The notes: generated by a model from the sequence alone, not told the origin. A DNA stretch of 64,000 nucleotides from Candidatus Omnitrophota bacterium (GCA_022072175.1 JAJVIE010000003.1:1134483-1198482); one strand, 5' to 3'; shown: positions 29,152 through 39,545, counted from the stretch's first letter. Made by a program: numbers and translations.

Positions 29152-30059
29152 TTCAACACACCTCCTTCACGACGATGACGACGGCACTCCTCCCAGATCC
29201 AGCGGCTGGCGTCCAATCCCGCATAGGGCTCATCGGGATTGCCGTTGGCCAGACCCGCGCGCCCTCCGGGCCAAGCATGGCCCCCGCCGCGCACCGTGCA
29301 GACCACGACTTCAGATCCACCCCGACCTCCGCCGTAACGCTCGATCCGGTGCGATCCCGCCGCGAATTCCTCGGGGATGGCCCGACAGCGATCACGCTCG
29401 ACCCAATAACGTACGGACTCCGCGAACGAAACGTCCGTCCTCGCCGTACCCACGATGCTCTTGCGAGGCCGTCCCCCGGCATAGGGCACATAGTCGTCCG
29501 AGGTCCCGTGCAATAGCACCGCGGTCACGGGTTCCCCCGCGCTTTGCCGACACGCTTCAGGCAAAGACCCCGCCACCGCCGCGAACGCCGCGATCCGGTG
29601 CGGACGCTCTGCCGCGAAGCGATGACACATCATCGCGCCGTTGGAGAACCCCGTCATGTAGATGCGGTCCGGATCGACGCCGTGAACGGCGGCCAGCTGG
29701 GCGCACAGTTCCTCGAGGAACGTGACGTCGTCCGCCTCCGAGCGAAAACGATCAAGCTCTCTTCCGCCGGAGTTCCAGAACAGGAAGCGGTCCGGCGCGG
29801 GACCGGAGCCGTCCGGGAAAACCGCCAGGAACCCTTCTTCGCGCGCCAGACGGTCGAAACCGGACATCCGCACGGCTCCCAGCGCGTTGGCTCCGGCCCC
29901 GTGCAATAGGACGACCGCGGCGGTACGCTCGGCGCGGACGGCCGGACCGGCCGAGAACCAGAGGCGCTCCCGGCCGCCGGACGACAAGACGTGCCGCTCA
30001 AGACCCTCGGGGATCGCGGCGTTCTGGAGCAGCGGCTCATCGGAGGATCTGGGACGCAT
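29148..30059 (-). CDS. Esterase of the PHB-depolymerase/LpqC family
   Basis: GFSNGA nucleophile elbow and HGTSD. ATGA overlap with msrB. Confidence 0.8.
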   Translation of the reverse strand: MRPRSSDEPLLQNAAIPEGLERHVLSSGGRERLWFSAGPAVRAERTAAVVLLHGAGANALGAVRMSGFDRLAREEGFLAVFPDGSGPAPDRFLFWNSGGRELDRFRSEADDVTFLEELCAQLAAVHGVDPDRIYMTGFSNGAMMCHRFAAERPHRIAAFAAVAGSLPEACRQSAGEPVTAVLLHGTSDDYVPYAGGRPRKSIVGTARTDVSFAESVRYWVERDRCRAIPEEFAAGSHRIERYGGGRGGSEVVVCTVRGGGHAWPGGRAGLANGNPDEPYAGLDASRWIWEECRRHRREGGVLK

Positions 30060-30079
30060 GACCGAGGTTCGATCGGCCC

Positions 30080-30523
30080 TCAGACGGACAGCTCGCGAGG
30101 AGAAGAAACCACGCGCAGATCGTTGACGACCGTATCGATCCCTTCGAGAGAACGGACGCTGCGTTCGAGCGCTTGGGCGTCCTCGGCCCTGAGCACCCGT
30201 CCCGACAGGGTCACCGTGCGGCCCTTGGACACGACCTTGAGACGGGCTACGATGTCGGCGGTCGCTGGGTCCTCCTGCAGGTGACGCAACACTTCCGCGA
30301 CACGGTCACGGGAGTACTCGACGGACGCTTCCGCGGGGATGCGCGCGTCACGGTCCCAGCGGCCGCGCAACGCTTCCTTGCGAAGGTTCTTCTCGACGCG
30401 CTCACGCGGGGTCAGCAGTCGGTCAGCGGCCGGGCCGGCAGCGGTGGTTTCCTTGGCGTCAGCCGATGATCCGGAGACCAGTAACGTTAGAGCGCAGATC
30501 ATGATGGGCAGGCGTACGGGCAT
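30080..30523 (-). CDS. BON-domain protein (OsmY-like)
   Basis: Signal peptide and C-terminal BON domain. Start is Met9 (MPVRLPIM), with AGGAGG 6 nt upstream. A TATAAT sits at 30548-30553, just upstream. Confidence 0.7.
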   Translation of the reverse strand: MPVRLPIMICALTLLVSGSSADAKETTAAGPAADRLLTPRERVEKNLRKEALRGRWDRDARIPAEASVEYSRDRVAEVLRHLQEDPATADIVARLKVVSKGRTVTLSGRVLRAEDAQALERSVRSLEGIDTVVNDLRVVSSPRELSV

Positions 30524-30605
30524 GGCGCACCTCCTTGATGCTCTCATTATAATCCCGGGGGCGTGCGACGAGCAAACGAACGCCGGGCCTCGAGAAGCCC
30601 CGGAG

Positions 30606-31511
30606 CTACTTGCCCGCCGCGTACAAGCGGTGGAACAGTCTCAGATAGGTCCGTCCGAGCGGATGATCGAGCCAGCGCTTACGCCGTGATTCCAGCGACT
30701 CTGGATCGAAAGAGCGGACACGCACCGGCTGGCCGTAAAGACTTTCGTACCCCTTCTTCATTCTCAGCGCCGAGCTCTCGGCGACCAGGCGCGCGGCCGC
30801 CTTGAACGGCCAGGGGTATCGTCCGGCCAGGTCCAGCCGCAGATCGTGACAGGCATCCACGACGCTGCCGGCTTGCTCGCTGAGGTCCTGCTCTCCGGAG
30901 ATCCGGTAATAAGCCATCGGCGCGTCGAGGATCAGGACCTTCCCGGCGTCCATCAGGCGGACCCAGAAGCGCATGTCGGCGTTCGGATACTCTCCGGGAC
31001 GAAAACCGCCCAATCTCCGCGCGAGCTCGACGTTGAAAACGACCCCGGGGAACGGCGAGAGGTTACCCGTCAAGAACCTCCAAACGTTGCACGATCGGAC
31101 GCGGCGGCCCGGCTCGATGTCCAGATGCACGGCGTCCGCGTCCTCTCCCCACGGGCACTCGACAGCGACCGCCGCGATGTCCGGACCGAGGTGCGGCAGC
31201 ACGCCGGCGATGAAGCGCTTGCCCAGCAGATCATCGTCATGAAGGATCGACAGCCATGGGGTCTCACAAAGCTCGATGCAACGGTTCCAGTTGGGGATGA
31301 TCCCGAGGTTTCGAGGATTGCGGTGATAGCTCACTCTCGGGTCCCCCAGCGCCTCCACCGCCCGCTCGAACCGGTCGTGGTCCGAGGCGTCATCGACGAC
31401 CTTGACCGCGCAACGCACCGTCTGCCGGACCGCGCAGCGCAGCGCCTGAGCGAAATACCGGTCCCGGTTGTACGCGGTCAGCGCGATGGTGATCCGGTCG
31501 GTGCTCAGCAC
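30606..31511 (-). CDS. Family-2 glycosyltransferase
   Basis: ITIALTAYNRDRYF..VVDDASDHD..DDD. GTG start with a 7-nt overlap of the sulfotransferase stop. The N-terminal part of the track ORF is a wrong-frame extension. Confidence 0.75.
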   Translation of the reverse strand: MLSTDRITIALTAYNRDRYFAQALRCAVRQTVRCAVKVVDDASDHDRFERAVEALGDPRVSYHRNPRNLGIIPNWNRCIELCETPWLSILHDDDLLGKRFIAGVLPHLGPDIAAVAVECPWGEDADAVHLDIEPGRRVRSCNVWRFLTGNLSPFPGVVFNVELARRLGGFRPGEYPNADMRFWVRLMDAGKVLILDAPMAYYRISGEQDLSEQAGSVVDACHDLRLDLAGRYPWPFKAAARLVAESSALRMKKGYESLYGQPVRVRSFDPESLESRRKRWLDHPLGRTYLRLFHRLYAAGK

Positions 31512-32224
31512 GGCGCGGCGCTCCGGGGCTCGTGTCTGGAGAGCGGGTCGCGGGCCCAACGTCGAGCCTCCTCGGCGTTCGTGAAGACCTCCAGCGGATC
31601 TCCGTCGGAGACGCGTCGCAGGGTCGGGCGGACACACGCGCCCGGACACCCGATGGCGGCGCTCAGCCCCCCGTCGAACACCCTCTGGGCATCGTCCCGG
31701 AGGTCCTCGTAGCGGACCCAGTAGACCGGGTCCGCGGCCGTCTCCGCCTCGAAGCCCGCGTACAGACGCCGGACCTCGACCGTGTAGCGCCGGAAATCCG
31801 CGGACCTGAACTCCGCCCGCCGTCGAAGCGGGACGACGGGCTCGTCGGCGCGGCGGGCCCACGTTCCGGTGAGACCGGCGCGTACGGCCGAGGCGTATTG
31901 GGCCAGGAGGTCCTCGCGGTACAGCGCGATCCAGCCGTTCGGAGAACAGGCCTCGCGCACCCGGGACAACGGCCAGCGGAGGTCTCGCAGCTGCTCGAGG
32001 GGCAGCTTGAACCCCCGCGCTTGGGCCTCGATACCGGACAAACCCTTCCTCAACGCCTCTTGGGCCGCGTCCACGGGCCGTCCGAACCATCGCGGGCGGC
32101 GGTCCGCCAAGGCCGGATTGAGGAGCTCCCCGCGGAAAGCCGCCCCCGGGACGGAGTTGAGACAATCGATAAGGTACCAGCTGCCCGAGCGCCCCGTGCA
32201 GACCACCACGTAAGTGCGGATCAC
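31505..32224 (-). CDS. Stf0-like sulfotransferase
   Basis: N-terminal YVVVCTGRSGSWYL (5'-PSB-like P-loop), about 240 aa. GTG start in a GGAGG-N7-GTGA arrangement overlapping the upstream TGA. Confidence 0.65.
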   Translation of the reverse strand: MIRTYVVVCTGRSGSWYLIDCLNSVPGAAFRGELLNPALADRRPRWFGRPVDAAQEALRKGLSGIEAQARGFKLPLEQLRDLRWPLSRVREACSPNGWIALYREDLLAQYASAVRAGLTGTWARRADEPVVPLRRRAEFRSADFRRYTVEVRRLYAGFEAETAADPVYWVRYEDLRDDAQRVFDGGLSAAIGCPGACVRPTLRRVSDGDPLEVFTNAEEARRWARDPLSRHEPRSAAPC

Positions 32225-34302
32225 AGGAACACCTCCGGATGCAGGGCCCGCAACGTCCTCTGATGCTCCCGATGACGCGCGACCGTCGCGGTGAGCATGG
32301 AGCTCGGGTTGACCCGGTAATAGAACAACGGCTTGGGTACGCGGCGGCCTGAGATGCCCTGTTTGCCCAGATGCAGCCAGAACTCCCAATCCTCATAACC
32401 GGGCACGTCGGCCTTGTAACCCCCGGCATCCTCCCAATCGGCCTTGCGGAACATCGCGCAGGCATCGATATAATTGGCCTCGGCCAGCCTTTCCAGCGAG
32501 TATTCCGGCGTTTCGACACGGACCGTCCTCTTGCCGAAACGGTACAGGTCCGTATACACGAATCCCTGTCCATGCTTTTCGATGTGGTTCAGACAAGTGG
32601 CCGCCATCGCCGGGTCCAGCAGGTTGTCCGCGTCCAACGGTACGATGTACCGGCCCCGCGCCGCCAGGATGCCCGTATTGCGGGCGGCGGCCAGCCCCCT
32701 GTTCGAATCGTGGTACACCACCCTCAACTTGGAGTGACGGCGCGCCAAGTCCCGGAGCAGGCGACGCGATCCGTCCGTCGAACCGTCATCGACGACCACC
32801 ACTTCAATACCCCTCAAGCTCTGGGTCAGCGCGGACATCACGCTCTCTCGCAGATGACGGGCATGGTTGTAGTTCGGGATGACGATGCTGACGTACGGGC
32901 ACCAGGACTTCCGGATGCCGGAGAGCCAGTAGCGCCGCCGCAGATACATGGATAACCATAGGCACAAGGTCCCCAACGCCGTCAGTGAACGCAGCCGCAT
33001 CGGACCGCGGCCCATGAAGAGCAGCCGCTCGAAGTCGCTCAACCGCGCTCCGAGACGCTCCACGAGCGGCAGCAAGGCGTCGTGCGCTCGCCGCAATGGA
33101 GCGGTGATCCGCCAGGAGACGGAACGCTCGAACCGGCCGATCGTCGCGTACGCCGCCGTAAGCTCCGAGCTCTTGCGCTCCAGGCGACGCCGTAAGTGCT
33201 CGACGCGGACGGAGGCCGGGAGCGCCGGCGCGGCGGGGGAGGTGCTGTCGGCCCGTGAGGCGGCGAAAACCTCCGGATGAAAGGAGCGGATCCGCTCGTG
33301 ATAGACACGATGGCGGCGGCGGGCGTTCCAGACCATGGACATCGGACGCACCTGGTACCAGAATCCGTGCATCTCCAAACGCTGGCCGGTGACGCCCATC
33401 TTGCCCAGCTGTATCCAGAATTCCCAGTCCTCGTACCCGTCGATCCCGCGCTTGTAACCGCCCGCCTCGACCCAGTGGTCCCGCCGGTACATGGCGCAGG
33501 TATCGATATAATTGGCCTTCTTGAGCTCCTCGTAATCGTACTGCGGCACGAAGACCTTGGCGGTGCGGCCGTCAGCGCGGAACTGATACAAGTGCGGGTA
33601 CACGAAACGGTCGGGAGCGGCGTCCAGCGCCTTGACGCACTCGCCGATGAGGTCCGGCTCGATGAAATTGTCCGCGTCCAGAGGCAGGATATAGCGGCCT
33701 CGAGCGGCTTCGACGGCGCGGTTGCGTGCCGCCGCCGGTCCTTGCTTGGGACACCCGAAGAACGCCCGGATCCGCGGATCCTTGTGCGTCTGACGCCGCA
33801 CCGCCTCGTCAGAACCATCGCTGGACCCATCGTCCGCGATGATGATCTCGTAGTCCGTATAGGACGACAACAACACCGAATCGACCGCCGCATCCAGGTC
33901 CGCACCGGCGTTGAAGTGCGGGATCACGACGCTGACCGTCGGCGACCAATGGGGCTCCTGTGCGACAGGCCGGCGCGCGGCGGCCGCCTTCTGTAAGCGC
34001 TCGCGAACCCTGCGCGCGTCGATGCCCGGCTGCGGCGTGAACATCGGTCTTCCGGCGAGCGTACGGCCATCGGTGGCGACGGTATCCGCCGCAACACCGC
34101 CGGTCCCGCCGCCCCCGCGGCCCAATCTGTCGCTGAGCCAGCGCAGTGGCGCCGTCCAGCGCCAGGAGCGCGAAGCGGCGAAATCCTCGATGACCCGCTT
34201 GGCCGCGTCCAACTCGATCGACAATGTCCTGTACCGGGTCTCGAGCGCGTCGTCCACAGCGGCCTCGGCCGGGGGTCCGGCAACGGGTATCGAAGGCGTC
34301 AT
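32221..34302 (-). CDS. Tandem-duplicated GT2 glycosyltransferase (two GT2 domains)
   Basis: Two homologous halves, each with VIP.YN...DDGS.DGS...PLDADN...DGYEDWEFW. Each half is preceded by a coiled-coil with an SWR(W/I)TAPLR motif. Confidence 0.85.
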   Translation of the reverse strand: MTPSIPVAGPPAEAAVDDALETRYRTLSIELDAAKRVIEDFAASRSWRWTAPLRWLSDRLGRGGGGTGGVAADTVATDGRTLAGRPMFTPQPGIDARRVRERLQKAAAARRPVAQEPHWSPTVSVVIPHFNAGADLDAAVDSVLLSSYTDYEIIIADDGSSDGSDEAVRRQTHKDPRIRAFFGCPKQGPAAARNRAVEAARGRYILPLDADNFIEPDLIGECVKALDAAPDRFVYPHLYQFRADGRTAKVFVPQYDYEELKKANYIDTCAMYRRDHWVEAGGYKRGIDGYEDWEFWIQLGKMGVTGQRLEMHGFWYQVRPMSMVWNARRRHRVYHERIRSFHPEVFAASRADSTSPAAPALPASVRVEHLRRRLERKSSELTAAYATIGRFERSVSWRITAPLRRAHDALLPLVERLGARLSDFERLLFMGRGPMRLRSLTALGTLCLWLSMYLRRRYWLSGIRKSWCPYVSIVIPNYNHARHLRESVMSALTQSLRGIEVVVVDDGSTDGSRRLLRDLARRHSKLRVVYHDSNRGLAAARNTGILAARGRYIVPLDADNLLDPAMAATCLNHIEKHGQGFVYTDLYRFGKRTVRVETPEYSLERLAEANYIDACAMFRKADWEDAGGYKADVPGYEDWEFWLHLGKQGISGRRVPKPLFYYRVNPSSMLTATVARHREHQRTLRALHPEVFL

Positions 34303-35222
34303 GCGGCCCTCCGCCGGAGCAGGAGGTTGCGCAACACCACATGCGCGGCGAACCTCAACGTCGCTACGGGTCTGACGGCGGCATAGAGCGCCAGCGCGGC
34401 GCTGTCGCGCGCGTCAGCGATGCGTTGGAGCGCGCGCGCAGCTCTCAAGCGCTCGCGCTCGATCCGATCCGACCCCGCGCCGCGCTCGAACGAAGCGCAC
34501 AATCGATCCAGGAAGACCTTGAGCTTGAGGATGCGCCTGAGCGTCATCGGTCCGTACGCGGCGCTGTGCTCATGGATCCGCCACCGCGTCAAACGTCCCG
34601 GCACCCTCCAGAACAGGGTCTCGGCGCTGACGTGCGCCAGGACCCACCAGTCGAGATTGGACCGGTGGCACCCGAGGCGGGGGACCCGCTCGAGCCACCG
34701 CCGTCGGACGATGAAGTGAGTGAACGACGCCACCGGATTACGCTGGAGCAGTTGGGGCCAAAGGCTCAAGGCGCGGCCCGACGGTACGCTCAGCGCGTTG
34801 GCCCACTCGTAGAGGGTCCAGTACACGACGCCTCCGGGCCGCCCGAAAGGCCTGTAGCGCGCGTACACCACGCCCACCTCGGGATGCTCGTCGAGCACGC
34901 GCATCTTGATCTCGAGGTTACGCGCTTCCCAAACATCGTCCGCCTCGATATAAGCGATGACCGGCGCCCGCGCTGCTGCGAGGGCCGTTTCCAGGGCCGT
35001 CTGAAGCCCCCGATTCACCTCATGCCTTATCACGCGCATCCGGACCGGGTCCCTGCGGCGCCAGCGCTCCAGGACCGCGGGAGTTCCGTCGCTCGACCCG
35101 TCGTCGACGACGATGAGCTCCAGATCGCCGCGGGTCTGCGCCAGCACCGAAGCGATCGCTCCGTCCAGATAACGCTCATAGTTGTACGTCGCAAGGAGGA
35201 CGCTGACCGCGGGGCCGCTCAC
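34299..35222 (-). CDS. Family-2 glycosyltransferase
   Basis: VSVLLATYNYERYL..VVDDGSSDGT..EADD. 4-nt overlaps on both sides. Confidence 0.85.
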   Translation of the reverse strand: MSGPAVSVLLATYNYERYLDGAIASVLAQTRGDLELIVVDDGSSDGTPAVLERWRRRDPVRMRVIRHEVNRGLQTALETALAAARAPVIAYIEADDVWEARNLEIKMRVLDEHPEVGVVYARYRPFGRPGGVVYWTLYEWANALSVPSGRALSLWPQLLQRNPVASFTHFIVRRRWLERVPRLGCHRSNLDWWVLAHVSAETLFWRVPGRLTRWRIHEHSAAYGPMTLRRILKLKVFLDRLCASFERGAGSDRIERERLRAARALQRIADARDSAALALYAAVRPVATLRFAAHVVLRNLLLRRRAA

Positions 35223-36250
35223 GCCGCGTTCCCCGGACGGCCGCCGCCGATCCGCCAGACGATCTCCCAGAGCGCTCCCGAGAACATCCCGAGCGTCATC
35301 GCGCAGGCATCAGGCACGAGCCAAAAGGCCGCCGACACCGCAAAACCCGCGCCGCGGCGCGTCGTCAGACGCGCCAGGAAGGCCCCCCAACAGACCGTCA
35401 ACATCGTCACGGCGAAGACCAACCATGCCAGCGCCGGGCCCGGACCCCACAACGCGCCCCAGACCGCGGCCGGCACGCTCAAGGTCGCCGCGAGCTGAAG
35501 GACCGAAGCGTGCGAAAAGGCCCCCCGGGCGGCGCCGCGGGCGCGGTAGCGCAGACACATCCTCGCGAAGAGGAACGGGATCACATAATCGTTGCGCAGC
35601 AATCCGAGCGGGCCGTAAGGCTTGAGGTGTTTGAGGAGCAGGCGGTGCTCCAACCGCACCTTGCGGCCGCGCGCGGCCAGACGCAACCCGAGCTCCGAGT
35701 CGGCCACTAACGATCCGAAAGGCCCCCGGATGGGCTCGAAGACGTCCAGCTCCGAGGCACGCACCGCGAACGCCGAACCGTAGAGGAAGTCGACCTCCTC
35801 CGGGCGGCTCCTAAATACATGTTCCATGTACTCGTTCTTGAAATCCCCCCACCAGGTGCCGGTCCGGTGACCGCCCTCGAGCAACCCGGTCACCGCGTCT
35901 GCCCGTCCGTCCAACACCGGAGCGCACAAGAGCGCCAGGCCGCCCGGCGGCAGGATCACGTCGGCATCCACGAACACCAGCACCGGACACTCCGTCGCGG
36001 CGAGGACGCCGGCATAGCGCGCCTCCATGGGTCCGGTGGCCGGTCCTTGGCGTGACACCACTTCCCAACCCAGGCGGCGCGCGATGGACGCGGTGCCGTC
36101 GGAAGACCCGTCGTCGACGACGATCCGCCGAAGAGGCCGCTCCATCTGGGAGTCGATGGACCCCAGACAGGCTTCGAGCGTGCGCTCGGCGTTGCGCGCG
36201 GGGACGATCACCGCGCAGGGCTGGACCGGAGCGCCGGCCGGATCAGGCAT
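35219..36250 (-). CDS. Family-2 glycosyltransferase with C-terminal transmembrane helices
   Basis: CAVIVPARNAE..VVDDGSSDGT..VDAD, then about 100 aa of hydrophobic helices. Confidence 0.8.
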   Translation of the reverse strand: MPDPAGAPVQPCAVIVPARNAERTLEACLGSIDSQMERPLRRIVVDDGSSDGTASIARRLGWEVVSRQGPATGPMEARYAGVLAATECPVLVFVDADVILPPGGLALLCAPVLDGRADAVTGLLEGGHRTGTWWGDFKNEYMEHVFRSRPEEVDFLYGSAFAVRASELDVFEPIRGPFGSLVADSELGLRLAARGRKVRLEHRLLLKHLKPYGPLGLLRNDYVIPFLFARMCLRYRARGAARGAFSHASVLQLAATLSVPAAVWGALWGPGPALAWLVFAVTMLTVCWGAFLARLTTRRGAGFAVSAAFWLVPDACAMTLGMFSGALWEIVWRIGGGRPGNAA

Positions 36251-37634
36251 ACACGACCTCCTCGAGCGCCGGTGAAGGACGCTCCTTGCGGAGATAGGCG
36301 CGCGCCGCTCCCAGGCCGCTCAAGAGGGCCTGATCGCTGTTGTCGTAACGGAACAACCCCGCCCGTCCGGCCAGATGAAGGTTCGGGATGCTCCGCAGAT
36401 AATCCAGCACCGTGTTCAAGGGCTCGCGATAGCCGACGCGGTACACCGGATAGGCGTTGGCCACGCGCACCGCGAAGCCTTCGCGGAGCGCCCGGTGCGG
36501 CGCCAGACCCATCCGATCGAGCTCGACGGCGCTGCGCCGGACCAGCTCGCTCTCCTCCATCGACCAGATCGGGTCCTGCGCGGAGACGAAGTACTCCACT
36601 CCGAGCGTGGTCAATCGCTCGGACGGCACCATGTCGGCGCTCCAGTTGCGGTAGTTCTGCACCCGTCCGAACGGCACCTCTGGGGCGTGCACATAGATCC
36701 AATTGTCGGGAAAGCTCTCGCCGTGCTCGTAGATCAGGTTGACGGTGATGAAGTGCCTGAACGACAGCCGCGCGCAGGCCTCGAGCACCGACGGCGGGGG
36801 CGGCGGATGGATCTTGCCGACGAGCGCCGTGATCGGGATGCTGGAGAAAACCTCCGAGCAGTCGCGCCTCTCGACGCCGCCCCGCGCATCCCCGAGGAGC
36901 ACCGCCGCGACCCGCTCCCCCTCTCTGAGAACGGACAATACCGGCCGGCCGTACTCGAGGAGCGCGCCGTTGCGGCGCGCGCGCTCGGCATAGCGTTCAC
37001 AGAACTGCCCCGGGCCCCTGCGTGGATAGTAGAACTCCTCGCTCAAGGACCTTTCGCCGGCGGCCGGCGGCCAGAGCGCCTTGCGCACGGCTCGCCCGAG
37101 CGAGAGACCGCGCACGCGCTCCTGGGCCCAATCGGACGACAATTGCGAGCACGGGATGCCCCAGACCTTCTCGGTGTAGGTCTTGAAGAACGTTTCGAAG
37201 AGCCTGCGGCCGAACCTCGAGCTCATCCAGCTGTCGAAATCCTCCCCCATCGCCGCGGGCCCTAGACGGGAGGCGGCGTAACTGGCCAGACAGCGGGCCG
37301 CCTCGACCGGGCCGAGCCCCGCCAGAGCGTTGAGCGGTCTCAGCGGGTAGTCGAAGAAGCGGCCCTGGTAGAAGATACGAGAGCGCCTGCGGACCCGCAG
37401 GAGGTCCTCGCCCATCACCTCCGACCAGATCGCGTTGACCTCCGGACTGTCCGAGAGGAAGCGATGGCCGCCGATATCAAAATAACAGTCCTTGTACCGC
37501 ACGGTCCGACACAGACCGCCGGGCTGCAGGTCCCTCTCGATCAGGGACGGAGCCGCTCCGGCGGAGGCCAGGGCATCGGCGCAAGCCAATCCCGCCGGAC
37601 CGGCTCCCAGCACCAACAGCGAGGGCCGGCTCAT
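36243..37634 (-). CDS. UDP-galactopyranose-mutase-like FAD-dependent oxidoreductase
   Basis: Rossmann motif LVLGAGPAGLACA. LFETFFKTYTEKVWG and AGRAGLFRYDNSDQAL resemble Glf motifs. Start is Met65, an ATGA overlap with the upstream stop. Confidence 0.7.
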   Translation of the reverse strand: MSRPSLLVLGAGPAGLACADALASAGAAPSLIERDLQPGGLCRTVRYKDCYFDIGGHRFLSDSPEVNAIWSEVMGEDLLRVRRRSRIFYQGRFFDYPLRPLNALAGLGPVEAARCLASYAASRLGPAAMGEDFDSWMSSRFGRRLFETFFKTYTEKVWGIPCSQLSSDWAQERVRGLSLGRAVRKALWPPAAGERSLSEEFYYPRRGPGQFCERYAERARRNGALLEYGRPVLSVLREGERVAAVLLGDARGGVERRDCSEVFSSIPITALVGKIHPPPPPSVLEACARLSFRHFITVNLIYEHGESFPDNWIYVHAPEVPFGRVQNYRNWSADMVPSERLTTLGVEYFVSAQDPIWSMEESELVRRSAVELDRMGLAPHRALREGFAVRVANAYPVYRVGYREPLNTVLDYLRSIPNLHLAGRAGLFRYDNSDQALLSGLGAARAYLRKERPSPALEEVVYA

Positions 37635-39487
37635 GGGCGGGTCTCCGTCGTGCGGGCGGGTACCGCCGTCCGGCCCGAGCCGAGCATCGACGCTTGCCGC
37701 TCGGCCCGCGCGGCGCCGGCGAGATCCCCGCGGCGACGCAGTGTTTCGGCCAGCAGGCGATACAGCGGGACGCCGGAGGCGCCCGAGCGGATCGCGCCGC
37801 GCAGTTGTTCTTCGGCCTTCCGCCAATCCCCCGAGGCGGCGGCGATGCGGGCGCGGAGGACCGGCAGTTCCGGCAGGCGCGGATGCAGACGCGACAAGTG
37901 TTCGAGCGCCTCGGCGGCCTCGGCGATCCGGCCGAGGGCCAGGCGCATGGAGATCAGATTGAGATGCGTGAGCGCATCACGCGACCCCTCCTCGACGGCC
38001 AGCCTCAGGCGCGCCTCGGCGCGGACCAGGTTGCCGGATGCGTGATCGATCATCGCGCGCAGACGGTGCGCCGCCGGATGTCCGGGCGCGGCCGACTCGA
38101 ACTTCCCGGCCAGATGCACCACTTGAGCGCGGCGGCCGCGCTCGATGCCGATCCGCATCAGGGCCTCATAAGCGTCCGGATCGGCCGGATAGTTGTGGAT
38201 CAGCCGCCGATAGATCCGTATCGCCTCTTCGGTCCGGCCGGTCAACAGATGATCGTCCGCCAGGAGCCACAGCGCTCTTTTGTCCTCAGGATGGTACCGG
38301 AGGGCGGCTTTCGCGTGAGAGGTCCCGTCCTTCCAATCCGGCAGTGCTCTCATCGTCAACGGCAGGCCGAGGATCGCGGAGGCCAGGACGATCGGAGCGG
38401 CCCAGCGCCTCAGCGGCCCCGGGGCCAAAGCCAAACCTGCGGGCACGGCCACGAGCGGCAGGTACAAATGGCGGGTCCCGATCGGAGCCCCGATGAGCGC
38501 GGCCGGCAGGACCAGCAGGACGAACCAGGCCGCCCAGTATCCCCACGCGCGGCGCCGCAGACAACCGATGACCGCAAGGCTCGTAACGAGCGCGGCGAGG
38601 GCCGCGTGCAGAAGGATCCATTCCGGCCGTCCGTACAAGGCCGACTCTTCGAACTCGTAGATGCGGGGTTCCTGAGGCCACAGGGCCAGACGCGCGTAGT
38701 AGCCCAGCATCGACACGGCGCGACAGCCGGACTCCATCGCTCCATCGGATGCCCAACGCTCGAGCGAGACGGGGAATCTCGCCAGAGTGAGCGCTCCGAT
38801 GAGGGTCGCGGGCACCACCAGGAGCGCGAACGTCATGCGGACGTTCCGGGAGGCGGTCCGGTCCCCGATCCCGCAGTGGGTCAGCAGCGCCGACAGCGGT
38901 ACCAGGACCACGGCCGTCACCTTGGATAAGATCGCGGCGGCCAGGCAGAGCGGACCGGCCCATCGTCCCCGGCCGCGGACCATCAGATTGAACCCCGCCA
39001 ACGCGAATGCCGCGCACAGCAGGCTCTTGCGTTCCGAGATCCAGGCCACGGGCTCGACCTGCGCGGGATGCCAGGCGAAGAACAGCGACCCGGCCAGAGC
39101 GGTCGGCGCCGAAACGCCCAGGGCGCGCAGGAGCAGACAGACCAGGGCGGCGTTCAGACAATGCAGCAGCAGGTTGGTCCTGTGGTGGCCGCTGACAGGG
39201 TCGGAGGCCCACAGCAGACGGTCCAGATCGAGGCTGGCCAGTGTCAGCGGCACCTGCAAACCCAGCGGAGAGCTGAACCACGCCGCGACGGCGTCCAATG
39301 GAGCGGTGCCCGGAGGCGTACGGAGAACGACGTAGCGGGCGTCGTCCACACGCACGGTGCCATATCCGGCGACCGGGGCGAAGACGACTGCTGCGGCCAG
39401 CGCCGCGGCGCAAGCCGTCAGCGCCGATGCGTATTTTCCGAGGGGATCGGCTCCGATCACGGCATCAAGTATACGCCCGCCGGACAC
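37631..39487 (-). CDS. TMTC-like GT-C membrane glycosyltransferase with C-terminal TPR domain (paralog 1)
   Basis: TM region with the ...HHRTNLLLHCLNAALV... and HPAQVEPVAWISERK motifs shared with paralogs 2 and 3. C-terminal TPR repeats. Start is ambiguous: GTG at 39487, or ATG at 39547 overlapping the wzm ATG. Confidence 0.65.
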   Translation of the reverse strand: MSGGRILDAVIGADPLGKYASALTACAAALAAAVVFAPVAGYGTVRVDDARYVVLRTPPGTAPLDAVAAWFSSPLGLQVPLTLASLDLDRLLWASDPVSGHHRTNLLLHCLNAALVCLLLRALGVSAPTALAGSLFFAWHPAQVEPVAWISERKSLLCAAFALAGFNLMVRGRGRWAGPLCLAAAILSKVTAVVLVPLSALLTHCGIGDRTASRNVRMTFALLVVPATLIGALTLARFPVSLERWASDGAMESGCRAVSMLGYYARLALWPQEPRIYEFEESALYGRPEWILLHAALAALVTSLAVIGCLRRRAWGYWAAWFVLLVLPAALIGAPIGTRHLYLPLVAVPAGLALAPGPLRRWAAPIVLASAILGLPLTMRALPDWKDGTSHAKAALRYHPEDKRALWLLADDHLLTGRTEEAIRIYRRLIHNYPADPDAYEALMRIGIERGRRAQVVHLAGKFESAAPGHPAAHRLRAMIDHASGNLVRAEARLRLAVEEGSRDALTHLNLISMRLALGRIAEAAEALEHLSRLHPRLPELPVLRARIAAASGDWRKAEEQLRGAIRSGASGVPLYRLLAETLRRRGDLAGAARAERQASMLGSGRTAVPARTTETRP

Positions 39488-39533
39488 CCCCGCAAAAGCG
39501 GAAAAACCCGCCGGGGACGGGCCCGCTTTCAGG

Positions 39534-39539
39534 TATAAT
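39534..39539 (+). promoter_or_regulatory. TATAAT -10 box 6 nt upstream of the wzm ATG (possible leaderless transcript)
   Basis: aggTATAATcggaccATG. Preceded by inverted repeat AAAGCGG-N21-CCGCTTT (39495-39529). Confidence 0.35.
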
Positions 39540-39545
39540 CGGACC

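Noticed and set aside
30606-32573. 655-aa version of the terminal GT2 ORF
   Set aside because: The first ~350 codons run antisense-frame through the sulfotransferase gene and are Arg/Gly/Pro junk. GT2 homology begins only near 31511, where a GTG start exists.
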